A stretch of DNA of 62,924 nt, the filler included, from Licmophora abbreviata (taxonomy: Eukaryota): the NCBI GenBank assembly GCA_900291995.1. It is 13 parts of 13 records of this genome, joined end to end, with 100 filler letters (N's around TTAATTAATTAA, not from the genome) between each part and the next. Parts side by side here need not be neighbours in the genome. Positions count along the whole stretch, not along the records: positions 46,579 to 49,395 come from OLMU01003474.1; positions 49,496 to 54,313 come from OLMU01003475.1; positions 54,414 to 59,794 come from OLMU01003476.1; positions 59,895 to 62,924 come from OLMU01003483.1; 9 more parts are not named here. One strand, 5' to 3'. Below are positions 47,946-59,945 of this stretch, piece after piece. The notes under the pieces are model-generated. The model did no database searches. It worked only from the letters and a program-made list of their open reading frames with translations, and had not been told where the DNA came from. A program made the translations under genes and the position numbers. Position 1 is the first letter of the stretch, and each line of letters opens with the position of its first letter.

Positions 47946-48798
47946 CTACCACCACTTCTTCGTGCAGTAGTCGGTGCGCGAGCCATCTTTGTCGCCGCCT
48001 TTGCAGTACGGGACGGGCTTGTTTTCACCCTTGTCGCGATGGTAGCAGTAGAGGCCGTGCTTGCAGTCCTTATGTTCATCGCAATCACCTGAAACAAGAA
48101 TAATAAAACGGGAATGGTGAGTTCTTCTCATGGAGTGTCATGCCGTCGATGAGAACACAGCAGTAGTACTTACCCTCGCACATGCCGCACCTATCCTTCG
48201 GCTTGGGTCCACACTGTCCAACATTATCAATATAAGGTTTGGGCTCTGGCTTTTCTGGCTTTTCCGGCTTCTCAGGCTTTGCAGGCATGTAGCACTGCGA
48301 CAACAAGATCGATCGCGAGGAAGAAGTATGTTAGACGGATGAAAGCTGCGGTCGCTCGACGTAAGATTCCCTTTCAAACGAAGGTACTTACGTAGTCATC
48401 GTAGTCTCCAGACTTGGACATTCTGCGAGTTCCATCACAGCCAGGGACATGAGATTTCTTTTTGTTGTCGAAGCACTTCATGTCACCAGCGCAGTCAGAG
48501 TCCTTGTCACAGTCGCCCTGACAGAGTCCTAGGGGGTAGGCCGACTTGGGCTTGCCGTTGTTACCGACGTTCATCAAGTCGGGGTCTCCGGTAAGCTGTG
48601 AGAAGAGAGAGCAAACAAAAACGGTGAGGTCATTAAATGAATCTAAACCCGGCAAGATATCTATCAAGTAGGCTTCGCATCCCCTCATATCGATACATAT
48701 ATCCTGCCTTGACAACGTACCTTGCGCTTCTGCGGGACCTCAAGACGACCCATGGCCAGCGGCACCAAGGCCAAGAGAAGCAAGGTAACAAGACGCAT
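47946..48798 (-). CDS. Frustulin-like secreted cell-wall protein with two ACR domains (181 aa)
   Basis: Exons 48798-48721, 48595-48392, 48294-48174 and 48088-47946 splice in frame. Signal peptide, then LGLCQGDCDKDSDC..C..VPGC..DYC and CGMCEGDCDEHKDC..C..VPYC..DYC. Confidence 0.88.
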
Positions 48799-49371
48799 GT
48801 TGAATCGAAGCTCAATGGAGAAGTTGGGTATCAAGATACGATGGAAATTTTCCTTCGCGGTTAGTAATTTGTGAGATGGAGTGAGTAGAAAGTACGAGCT
48901 GATGAGAGCCCTTCATGAGATTGGGTTCGCAAATTCGGGACTCGAGAGCACGAGCCGAAGAATAAGCAGGCACGCGCTACCATAAATGTTGGTCTTGCTG
49001 AAAATTCTTTCGATAAATAATGGAAATGAGACTTTGTACGTGTCATGTGCTCTATACACCGAGCGTCGAAAGTATTTCAGTCAATCCTTCAGAGTGTCAT
49101 CTGCTGATTGTATCTCTCAAGACTAAGGAGCATTCTCTACCTCACCGTCTCGCTTCTGTCAGGTTTGCCCTAGGGACGGACAGACGAGCTCCCCACGATG
49201 GTATTTCCGCCGCGCTCTCTCATCTTTTGAGGATTGCGTCGGCGCGGCCGGCGACGCACTTCATCGCGTCGGCGGTTTGTGTATAAGTCGTGTCGTTGTT
49301 GATTGATTGCTCCTTGTTGACGACACCGCTTATAATTCAAGGGCGCCCACCGCTGAGTGAAAGAAAACAAC

Positions 49372-50868
49372 ATGGTGCGCAGAAAGCGTGGAAAANNNNN
49401 NNNNNNNNNNNNNNNNNNNNNNNNNNNNNNNNNNNNNNNTTAATTAATTAANNNNNNNNNNNNNNNNNNNNNNNNNNNNNNNNNNNNNNNNNNNNGGATG
49501 GAGAGCTGTATCTTTCGTGGTCGGACTGGTGATGCTTGCGACGCCGATCCTCGCGCTTAGGTTGCGCCGCGATTACAGTGCCTGGATCGAGGCATTTGCT
49601 CCCTCAAGCTCCAAGAGTAGGGCTGTTGTATCAAGTAGCAAATCTCAGCTAGAAATGTTCCAGAATCTTCAGTTTTCTCCGGTAATAAATGGAAAGAATT
49701 CAAATCGAGAAAGACCACGCATTCCTTATATTATCGAGCAACTAGGAGAGCGCCCCAAAAAGCAGGTACTCTACAGAATTAATCTACTCATTGCATATCG
49801 CCGTCGCATGTACTGAATGACCTTGCTTTTCTGTCCTCTTTCTTTGTATTGCTGTGTAGATTTTTGACGAGATATCAGAAGTGTGTATTGCGGTTTTCTT
49901 CAACGAGGATGGACCATCCAAGGGAACGTAAGTGCGCGCAGGAGGTACTGCAGTGCAGACTAACTCTCCGCTATGTTACATTTTCTCACTGTTCCTACGT
50001 GAATGTCGCCGACAGACCTTTTAAAGAGTTTCATCTTTCTTACTTGCGACGACTGCAAAGCGACGTAAGTTTTTACCACCGACGCATCGTTGAGTCGTCA
50101 CTCCTCTATTGTTCCATCCAACACGCCCCTCTTTCTTTCATACCCTCTGCTGTTTCAGGATCTCCGCTTACGCCGCTTGATGCGCCGACCTGAGCGAGCG
50201 AATGCAATGTTTGTTGCAAGACGAGCAGTACCGCTATCATCACCCTCCGCTCCCTCTAATACGCCTCTGATTCTCGATATGTCGTCGGTTTACAACCTTC
50301 CGGTAGGAACGGCAGTAATGGATGAGGAATTCGTCAAGGGCGATGTCTTGGGGTTCTGTGAAATAACAAGAAAGCCGTACGGACTACCGGGGTATGAAGA
50401 ACAGATCGACGGTACAATTGTCAACGGGGAGACCCCCGCCATGCGAAAGCTCACAGGGAGGGACAGAGGAATCTATCCAGTCCTAACGAATCTAGCAGTC
50501 GCGCCTGAAGCACGTAACAGCGAGTAGGTAGTAAACTTCTCAGTGCTTGCGAAGACGTGATTCAGAAGTGGGATCCACCGTCGAGCACACTCCTCTTGGA
50601 AGTAGAAGACGACAACGAATCTGCGTTGGATTGGTACCAGAGAAGAGGCTACCGAACGGTGTTTGCAGATCCAGCGAGTCGGCGATACGATGCCAATGGA
50701 TGGTTTCTACAGAAGGAACGTTGTACCAAGATCTGTATGCGAAAGGATCTCAGGAGTGCTGCTATTGAGAGAGTCAATGAGCAAGTAGCAGCTGGACTTG
50801 GGATGCTGGGGTCCAAGATCTACCAGTCGCTGCGAAATACCGTATTCCAGAATAAGGAGGCAGCTTGA
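49372..50868 (+). CDS. GNAT acetyltransferase, multi-exon, with an apparent 1-nt frameshift at about 50522
   Basis: VLGFCE and LTNLAVAPEAR, then in a shifted frame VGSKLL..LEVEDDNESALDWYQRRGY. Three probable introns. The start lies across the linker and is uncertain. Confidence 0.75.
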
Positions 50869-50937
50869 CGCGGTTGCTAGCTATTAGAATAATAGCACTG
50901 CATCTCATCTGGCTATAGAAAAACAAGGCTGGGGTCG

Positions 50938-53466
50938 TCAGATGTTCAATGCCAAAAGCGCCTTCTCGAACTGGGCTTCGTCAAACTCGTCGTCTTGTTG
51001 CGCAGCTCTGTTAACATCTTCGCCCTCTCTTCTATCCTTGAGCAAGGTTTGTTCATCAAGCAGAGCAAGTTGGTGCTCAAACGCCGCCTCTTCGATCGCT
51101 TCCCTGACTGCGTCTGGCAGGGGCACTGGTACGCCACGGAATTGTGTCATTCGACATTCCGGGTCATGACAACTCTGAGTACACGACATGGCGACAAAGT
51201 CAACCGTCCACATTATATTGTTGCTACGGTGAGCCCGACCGATGCGTTCGCACCACCGGTTGCGACTCATTTGGTACGTGATGGCTCTCGGGAGCGTGCC
51301 ATCATCTAATTGTTCGGAAGACTTTTCGATGGCCCATGCCCGAATCGACCCTTCCACGCCACCTCGCTTCGCTAGCACTTTCAAAACGAATTCGTCGATT
51401 GAAGGAAAAGGAGAGGCTCCCACGCCGTTCGAGGACATGCGTCGCCCAACGCCAGGTCGAGTCGAGACTTTTACGGTATAGGAGGAATGATCCTGTCCAA
51501 CCGCGGGATCGACTTTACCAGTAACGTCCAGTGCCTTGGCGTCCGCAGAGTCTTGTAGTATCGGAAAGTCAATCTTGGTCCCGTTCATCGGCACCACCAG
51601 AGTGTCCGCCAGAGCCCTTGCATGATCCGTCCAGTCTACAGCCGACAAGAAATTCTTAATGTCGTCTTCCTGCCATATTGTTGTGAAAGCCAACTAATTT
51701 GTGAGACGACATACATCATAGATACATCCCTGTTGTCAAGTCTCCAACAGAAAAACTTTCAAACAAATACTCACCATGTCCAACCGCTTATCGCAAACAT
51801 CATTTTCGCCAACGCTGTTTCTGGATTGAGTACTCTTCTCCATGACCGGCACGTAAAAGCTTTCATTGGAAAAGCCTGTTGGAAAGGCAAAGGTGTTTGT
51901 CGCTGCAATACGTAGCGCTGCCGATGAGGGCTTGCCAAATTTGGAAGAACCCAGCAACCGAAACAATCGGTTCCGAGTGTATACTCCCAAGTCGACAAAG
52001 CAAACCTTGTTTTTGTTGGTCATCTCGACTTCAGTACTCGCAGTTTGTGCACTAGTGCTCGTCGGAATGGGTTCGATGGCTTGCCATTGCGGGAACGATG
52101 CGAGCGCATTGTCTGTGCTTGGTGGAACCGTTGACGTTGACTCACTACAACCGAGCGCGCTCGTAGTAGCATCCGCTCCACCACGCTCATTCTTCCGTTC
52201 GACATTGACAAACAAGTACTTGGCCAGAGCTGGACGCGTCTCCTGCAATCGCCCCGTCGCCTGTTCGTCAGCCAAACGACCAATAAAGGTGCGTACAAAG
52301 CGCCCCACCGCGACGGCGTCGGCAAACAAGGACTTGTCCGGCAGGTGCACGATCCAATGGCGCGAGAATTTGGTCATGGTGGAGGAGTCCAAATCGACAA
52401 TGCAAGAGCGATCGATCGCGATAGCGTAGCGTCGCTGAAACTCGTGCACCAGTTCGGCATAAAACTCATCCAACAGATGTAGCACGGTCGCGTCATCGTC
52501 GCCGTCGGCAACCATGTCAGGATTCGCCCCTTTGGAAAACTCCAAGTCAAAGTAAAGTCGGCATGGTGTTTTCTCTCGAATCAGTTCATAAAAGTGACGA
52601 CTTCTCGCATCCGTCTTGCGCCAATAGTAGTCGCAGAACCTGCCCATGTGTCCCACAATGTACTTGCGCTTTCCCTGATTGCTCTTTTCGATGGAAAAGA
52701 TGCGGGGTTCCATACACCACAAGGCAGGTTGAAAGTCGACACTCTCATCACTCTTGTCGACTCCAATACCTGCAGGAAGCTGTTGCTCGTGCAGTAACTC
52801 AAGCTTGAACTGGTGGCGCATGGTACTCTTGCGTGGCGAGAGAGCCTCTTCGGTCGATCCTGCTGAGGACGATGTAGAGGATGGATTATTCATACGAAGC
52901 TGTCGACGCGCACGTTTGGGTTCGTCCAAGGAGGAAGACGACAGTCCCGTCGAGTCCCCATGATTGTCAACAAGAGGAGAGGACGATGCGTCAATCACGC
53001 AATCACTCGTGGTCGTCGCTGTTGTGAATTGTGGATCATCAGTGGTAGCAGCAGAAGTCTTCTTATCATCATCATCATCGTTGCAACCATGCATTCTTTG
53101 CCAATAATCAAGATCCCGGAGCGCCATGTCTTGGAGCGGCCATGTTTTGAGGGAGGTGAGTTCCTTGAAGGCGGCACGACGCAGCTTGAGATGCGTGGTG
53201 ACTTGACTACGCCGTTGCTTGATGACAGACGTGCAGGCATCGGACAAGGCCTTGGACAGACGAGCTTGACTGCTACTAGACTGGATTGTGGAGTCATTCG
53301 TCTCATTCTCGTGATGACGGTGAAAGTGGGAGGGCGCAATGCCGGAAGAGCGTGATGATGAGGAAGCAGTAATAGCATCGTCATTGGCGACGGTGCGCCA
53401 CTCATTGGAAGAATCGACCAATGGCGTCTTCTTCCGATGAGGACGGGGTGGACGATGTTCGCTCAT
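50938..53466 (-). CDS. PRIMPOL: DNA primase-polymerase PrimPol
   Basis: HFYELIRE.TPCRLYFDLE, KFSRH and FVDLGVYTRNRLFRL, plus a C-terminal Zn finger RWCERIGRAHRSN..CHDPEC. Intron 51694-51774. Confidence 0.95.
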
Positions 53467-53784
53467 GACAGTCCACGATGGATGTAAGGCTCAAGCACAC
53501 CGCATCCTCCGACAGAACCGTCTTACGTATGCTGTTTGTCGTCGTCATGGACTTGGTGATCACACATTGAACATGGTCGCACATCAGCTTTGGTGTTTTG
53601 GAAGGAATCTTGAATCTTGCCGCTCCGTCACTTTCTCTCGTCATTTTTGGCGCGCCGAACGAAAGATTCCATCAGGAACATTCCTGTGGATTCTAAAGAA
53701 CCCGGAAAAGTATCCTTTCCGCACGCGGTTTCTCAGGAACAAAACCTAAAATCTAAAATCTGTCTTTTTGAAACACACACAACC

Positions 53785-54939
53785 ATGAGGATGAACTCAC
53801 AATCTCGCTTCAGCTTCTGCAGCAACAAGAACTTTCTCATCACACTACTGCTCTTACTGTTCAGTGTCGGTAGTACTAGTATATTGCTTGTACAATCTCA
53901 AGAAACCTGCGATACTTCGACTACTTCGAAAACCATGACAAAAACTGTACTTGTCGTCGGCGCCACAGGTGCCACTGGCAAACACGTCGTTCGGCAGCTG
54001 CTCGAACAAGGACACACGGTCCGAGCTATAGTGCGATCCAAGGAAAAGATGATAAATTCCTTACTGTCCATGTCTTCCTCCGAAGATACGAACAACAACA
54101 ACGAACAAGCACCGACCGAACTACTACACTCCTACTACGGCGACCGACTGCAGCTCACCGAAGCGACCTTGCTGGATCTGACCGACTCGGACTTGCAACG
54201 CTTGGTTCAGAACTGCGATGCAGTCGTCTCGTGTCTCGGACATACCATGGACAGCGCGGGCTTGTGGGGCCGAAAGAATCGTCGATTGGTTACGGATGCA
54301 ACCACGCGACTCANNNNNNNNNNNNNNNNNNNNNNNNNNNNNNNNNNNNNNNNNNNNTTAATTAATTAANNNNNNNNNNNNNNNNNNNNNNNNNNNNNNN
54401 NNNNNNNNNNNNNTCGTCGATTGGTTACGGATGCAACCACGCGACTCACGTCTGCCATGACACGTACTACCAGTACCACGACTACATCACCCAAACCCAA
54501 ATTCATTCTCATGTCTTCCAATGGCGTCTCCAGTCCCTACAAGACCGACGATCCTCGACCTCTTGTCGAACGAGCCATTATCTTCTTGATCCGTCACCTC
54601 ATTACTCCTCATGCTGACAATGAACAGGCGGCACAGTACTTGTATGACATGCTGCATCAGGATAAAAATAACAACAAGGACGAATCGTCATTGCTGGTGG
54701 AGTGGTGTGCAGTGCGACCGGACGATTTAATCGATGCCGCAGATACTCAGAGTGTTGCAGTATCTGACTACGAACTCGTTTCCAGACCCAAGAGTGGTTT
54801 ATTCGGAGCCAACGTGTCGACGAGGGCCAATGTCGCGCATGCCATGGTGCAGTTGATTCTCGATGACACAGTCTGGAACAAGTGGAAGTTTCAGTTCCCT
54901 GTTCATGCCGACACTACGCCAATGGACAGTGAATCATAG
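53785..54939 (+). CDS. NAD(P)H-binding Rossmann protein (flavin reductase/BLVRB-like), split artificially by a linker
   Basis: [24 protein letters not shown] and RANVAH. The 35 nt on either side of the linker are identical (54279-54313 = 54414-54448). Confidence 0.88.
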
Positions 54940-54994
54940 AAGAATGATGAAACAGAGTTATAGACGTGATGGTATATGTCCATCTACTTTTAGT

Positions 54995-56443
54995 TCATCG
55001 TCTCCCGTCGGCGCTTCTGTGTTGCCGTATTCGATCGTCGTCGATCTCCACTTCCAATTCACTGTTGCTATTATTCACTACCACATCACTACTAGCCTTG
55101 TTGCTCTCAAGATTTACAAACGCAAACCCCATCAGCACAGACAAAGCACCGAGAATCGACCCAGTCGATGCAACATTGCTGTGTCCCATGATCCAGTCGC
55201 TGACAAAGGCTAGCGGGATGGTAAGTCCGAGACCGACCGTTGCCACTGTAGCGCTTGTCAAGACGACCGCGCGGGCCCACAAGTAGTCCGAAAGGACATT
55301 GTCGAGCATTCCCTTGGCTACGAGATAGCCAAAGACGACCAGTGTCAGTCGCTTTGCAGTTTCTGTCGTACCAGTAGTATCGTCATCGTCGTCGTTGTTC
55401 GACGGTGCTATTATTCCGGCGGGCCACACGAGAACATAGATAGCAATCGGGGACAACACGACAGCATTGAACAAGCCAATATACCCCAACAATAACTGCA
55501 TCGACATGCATCGCTCGTCATGGGGACACAGTATGCGAATCATGACGGCATAGGCCCCATACCCCACTGCCGAGAGTAGACCTAGAAAATCGCCCCACAG
55601 TGCAGAATGTCGTTCGTCCCATCGATCAGACCCACTATCACTACTACAAGGTTTCAAGTGATGCGGCGTTCCCAAATGTCCTGCACCAACACAGGATGAT
55701 GATAGCGATGACGACAGAGTGCTATTCCACAGATCATCATCGTCAATGATGCCCGCAGGTGGGCTCGCCGAGCCAACGTCGCTCCACCCAGTCAAGATGC
55801 TGCCGGTCACACCCAACAAGACGCCGCTCAACTTGAAACAGGTAAAGGGTTCGTCACCCCATAGGACGGCGAAAAGGAATGTAAAGAGTGATCCAGTACT
55901 CGCCAAGACCGTAGATGACGTAATGGACGTGTAAGCCAAGGAAGCATTGTACGACCAATTGGCAATGAACCAAATGAGCGCAATACGCAGTGCCGCCTGA
56001 ATGTGCTCTTGATGGCTCCAGATGAAGAGTTCCTCTTCGTGGGTAGCGCCGGATATAGCAAAATCACCGCCGTCGACATCAGGTGGTTCCATCATTTCAT
56101 GATCGCCATCCTCTTGTATTTCAATCATCTCGGTGTCTTCTGCCACCAACGACGACTCGGCCAAGGGTACATGCTCGTACAACGGACGGCCGCTGTTGTT
56201 CCATGCCGTAATTTCAGAGTCGTCGTCACCGTGCAGTCCTACTCGGCACAGTTTCCTTCGATGCTCCCAAAATAGTCGTGTTGGAAGAAATAATACAAAG
56301 AGGGAAGTACCGATGTAGGTTAGAAGAAAAGGAGAGTCGAAACTTTGCTCCGTGTACAAGTATTGCACGACAATTGACGCCAGCGACCAAATTAGCGAGA
56401 CGCAGACAATAAAAAACAGCCCAAGCGCATACGAAGGAGTCAT
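54995..56443 (-). CDS. DMT-superfamily transporter, SLC35F5/THI74-like
   Basis: FDSPFLLTY, WFIANWSYN.SL, GDFLGLLSA and LSDYLWARAVVLTS...LTIPLA; about 10 TM segments. Confidence 0.9.
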   Translation of the reverse strand: MTPSYALGLFFIVCVSLIWSLASIVVQYLYTEQSFDSPFLLTYIGTSLFVLFLPTRLFWEHRRKLCRVGLHGDDDSEITAWNNSGRPLYEHVPLAESSLVAEDTEMIEIQEDGDHEMMEPPDVDGGDFAISGATHEEELFIWSHQEHIQAALRIALIWFIANWSYNASLAYTSITSSTVLASTGSLFTFLFAVLWGDEPFTCFKLSGVLLGVTGSILTGWSDVGSASPPAGIIDDDDLWNSTLSSSLSSSCVGAGHLGTPHHLKPCSSDSGSDRWDERHSALWGDFLGLLSAVGYGAYAVMIRILCPHDERCMSMQLLLGYIGLFNAVVLSPIAIYVLVWPAGIIAPSNNDDDDDTTGTTETAKRLTLVVFGYLVAKGMLDNVLSDYLWARAVVLTSATVATVGLGLTIPLAFVSDWIMGHSNVASTGSILGALSVLMGFAFVNLESNKASSDVVVNNSNSELEVEIDDDRIRQHRSADGRR

Positions 56444-56735
56444 AGCTAGGCTCTAGTAGAATGTGGAGAAGGAAGACGAACGTGTGTCCATGCTGGCCCG
56501 TAGGATTGAAGTTCGTCGCTCCTCCACAGTCATGGTGAGAATGACGATGAGAAAAAGTGGACTGCCCGTTCGACATGAGGTGGCCGGCCAGACGGGTCAT
56601 TGATACTTGAAAAGATATATTGATAATGTCATGATAGAATGACCTTCTAGCGGCTTCCAACAAAGTGCTAGCCATGATTTCTCCTGTTCGTCACTTTTTG
56701 GCCAACACAACACACACGGTTGTCCAACCATCATC

Positions 56736-57494
56736 ATGGACTCGTCGTCGCTGCGCGTCGCAGCTCTGGAGCAGGAGCTTCAAGATCTCAGGAACAGTAC
56801 GACAGAGGCATTGGAAGAGGCATGGGGTGAAGTGGAAACATTGACAAGAGAAAACTCGCACCGAGAGGACCTCTTGTTTTCTATACAAGCTCAACTGGGA
56901 GAAAAACTGAGTGAAGAGAGCAGTCAAAATGGAATGATGATGAATCGAAGAAACATATTGAGTCTGAGCAGAGCCGATAGTACACGATCTGCCTTATCCA
57001 TGTGTTCCGTGGCATCGGCTCATGACGAAACCAGTCTGCCTCCACAACCAGGACGTGGATGGATGACACCTGTGAATAATAATAGTCGTCACGGTGCCGC
57101 GACTCCACCGACGCCTAGTATGACGGATGTCAGGTCTGTGATGACTTCTGATTCAAGTGATAGCAACGAAACAAACAAGTCCGGTATCGGTCTCTTACTT
57201 TCCGCTGGACTACGACAACGAAAAGAACACAAACGAGTGCGAAAGCATACTGAGATTGAAAAGAATCTGATGAGACAACTAGAGATTCTCCAGGAAGACA
57301 GAAATCGAATGATTCACGATCTTGAATTCAAGTTGTATCAACGGGAGGCTGCTATCGAGACACTGGAAAGAACCGTTGCCGTTAAGGAAGAGACGATCGA
57401 GTCGTTGCGATACGAGTTGGCCAAAGTGCGACTTGAAGAGCAACGGCATCTTCCGGCCTCCGAGAAACCACGGATGTCATTGCACCATCCTTGA
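56736..57494 (+). CDS. Coiled-coil protein of unknown function
   Basis: 252-aa ORF with heptad-rich ends and a Ser-rich middle. Confidence 0.6.
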   Translation: MDSSSLRVAALEQELQDLRNSTTEALEEAWGEVETLTRENSHREDLLFSIQAQLGEKLSEESSQNGMMMNRRNILSLSRADSTRSALSMCSVASAHDETSLPPQPGRGWMTPVNNNSRHGAATPPTPSMTDVRSVMTSDSSDSNETNKSGIGLLLSAGLRQRKEHKRVRKHTEIEKNLMRQLEILQEDRNRMIHDLEFKLYQREAAIETLERTVAVKEETIESLRYELAKVRLEEQRHLPASEKPRMSLHHP

Positions 57495-58194
57495 CGGAAC
57501 TGTACAAATAAGCACGACACAATGTAGAATTGTATACATGATCCACAAGAAAGTTTTGACTAATTTTAGAACACCGTGGTAGCTTGATTGTCAACGAATT
57601 AGCGAGCTTCTAGTAAGGTGTCTCTACGTTTCTTTACAAGCCAGCTTGGTGTAGTAGAGTGGATAACCTTGGTCTAGGCGTGAGTCATCAGACTCTCGCG
57701 AGACAGATAGCATCTGATCTCCGACTAAAAAGTCCGGAAATGCGCACCCATCGGCCCAACGCTCCGTGACAAAAAATTGGATCTCCGACCCCTCCGACTA
57801 GCTCGCTCATCTGCGCGCGGTCTTGCAGTGTCTCGTCGCCACTCACCTCGCCGCTGTGTGTTCTTGCATGACGACAAGAACAAAACGCTGCATGCGTGTC
57901 ACAAACCAATCACATTCATTGCTCTCCAGCTTGTCCGAACCATGTGGATGGCTGAGCAATGTGCCTTGTGTGATCCTTTGACTTGTTTTTTAATAACCTG
58001 AAAGAGAAGGAGCGCCGCTAAAACGATCACAGCGAGAAGGAAGGAGCGTTCCAAAATCTCAATTTTCTTGTTGATAGCAAATCACCAAGAGCATCAGGCT
58101 GAGCAGCCAAAATTTCCACTCAAGATTCCCAACACGAATCTGTGCAAAACTGGGAATCGAATCTGACACTTCGCATCGTCACGCAGTCGCAGTG

Positions 58195-59794
58195 ATGTCC
58201 TTGCTATTTTCGAATCTACAACAACGACAACAACAACAAAGACAGGCCAGTAGTTCTGCGAGAAACTTGGAAGAAGAAGGACAAGAAGACGACGACGAGG
58301 CTGAAGATCATTACAATCTGCAAATGAACACCTTGCATCATCAGTCAGCCACCAACCCAGGCGAAGTGGCACCGCTGCTTTCGCAGACCAGTCAAAGAGA
58401 CGACCTGCTACGTCAGCCTTCTCAAATTGTCCGAATTGGGAAACTCAGCGACGATAAACAACAAGAGCAGTTCGATCCATTGCTCGAAGTCGTCGATAGG
58501 ATCGAAGATGACCTCGATCAGCCATACGAAGACCTCGTTCCGCTCGAAGTTAAGCTCGCGTTGGAGGAAAAGGTCTTCGGATGGTCGCATCTCTCGTCCG
58601 ATATTCTGGGTCACATTGTCTTTACCGCTGGAGCCTATTGCCTTGTGTACATTATCTGTACGAATCTTTTGGAGAAACACCTATCAGAATGGTTGTTTCG
58701 AGGGCTGCGTGTTCTGCTCGCCTCGTGGGCAGGCTTGTCTGCCTTTCGTATGGTACGACGTCGCCGTCGCGTCTGGTTGCGATCATCTTATGGTTCCAAA
58801 GATTATGAAAGGGATGCATCCAGACGAAGGGCATCGATTCGGGATAGTGATCGCAATACGATATTGGGGAGAATACGGAGGAGGCGAGCTGCCATGGCAG
58901 AGCGGGGACATCAACGCAAGTTACGTCGAGCCGCGGAGAGATTTACGAGTCGACATCAGCGGCACCGAGATCAGCTCATGCTGAAGCAACAGGAGGCGTC
59001 GTTTGGACCACCCTCACCGGTCAGTGTATGTCACTTATCCGATAGTGACAAGGAGGAGGAGACTGCTGATTCGACAGAGTCGCAGCAAGATGCATTGCCG
59101 TCGTTGCCGGTACAAGGCAACACAACCCATGTACATGCAAAGGTGGCATTTGATCCTCAGGTCATCCAGAAACAGCCAACGCTACAACGCCGACGACGAA
59201 AGAGAAGCCGGTCCTTCCACGCCTTTTCCATGGAAGAAACCAAATCGATTGGCCACGACGAGATTCTGTTTTCCAGTGGTCCAGTATGGAAGGTGCCGTA
59301 CGCTCATGGTGGCTTCTTCGGAGCCGCTCCGTTCATGCTGGCAAATCCTCACTGGATCGACGTGTTGCGATTGCTCATGCCGGATGTCTATATTGAGATA
59401 TCGCGTCGCGTGTTGAACGCACCGGCGCCTCGACTCATTCACTGGGCCGAGAACAACCCCGTTGTTGCTGCGTACGGGACGGCACACGAGTTGGAGAATA
59501 ATGGGCGGGTTCCCAACATCGAGTGGGATGTATTTTTGGACCCCCATCATGTTCATTTGGTTAAGGTTGTCCTGGACGAACAAGAAAAGTTCTTGAGATC
59601 GTGCGTCCCGATCGAAATGCGAGACGTCCCGGGCAATCAACTTCGCAAACAGGTGCTTGGATCCATAGAAACAATCGGATTGTCCGCATCGCAGCATAGC
59701 ATCCTTCAGTACTACGAGAAGGAGCTTCAAGATCGAACGGCGCTGCTCGTGGACAAGATCCTCATTGCGCATGGCAACTTGACGCAGCTCATTC
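58195..59794 (+). CDS. Uncharacterised two-TM protein with a globular-looking C-terminal region; 3' end lost in gap
   Basis: Open frame of more than 530 aa with two TM segments and an Arg-rich stretch, then PYAHGGFFGAAPFML..WAENNPVVAAYG..EWDVFLDP. Confidence 0.7.
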
Positions 59795-59945
59795 NNNNNN
59801 NNNNNNNNNNNNNNNNNNNNNNNNNNNNNNNNNNNNNNTTAATTAATTAANNNNNNNNNNNNNNNNNNNNNNNNNNNNNNNNNNNNNNNNNNNNAGTCTA
59901 CCGGAATGTGGATCCATTCTAGTTTAGAAGTCTCTAAAGGAGATG

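Noticed and set aside
41056..53466. PrimPol, with the distant SNase, as a sign of a virus, Polinton or defence island
   Set aside because: Both contain spliceosomal introns and resemble cellular orthologues. No capsid, integrase, terminal repeats or obvious compositional shift was seen.
6948..59894. Recurring TTAATTAATTAA palindrome as a biological repeat or CRISPR-like element
   Set aside because: It is always embedded in identical N runs, so it is an assembly linker. ORFs ending in XXXLIN are artefacts.
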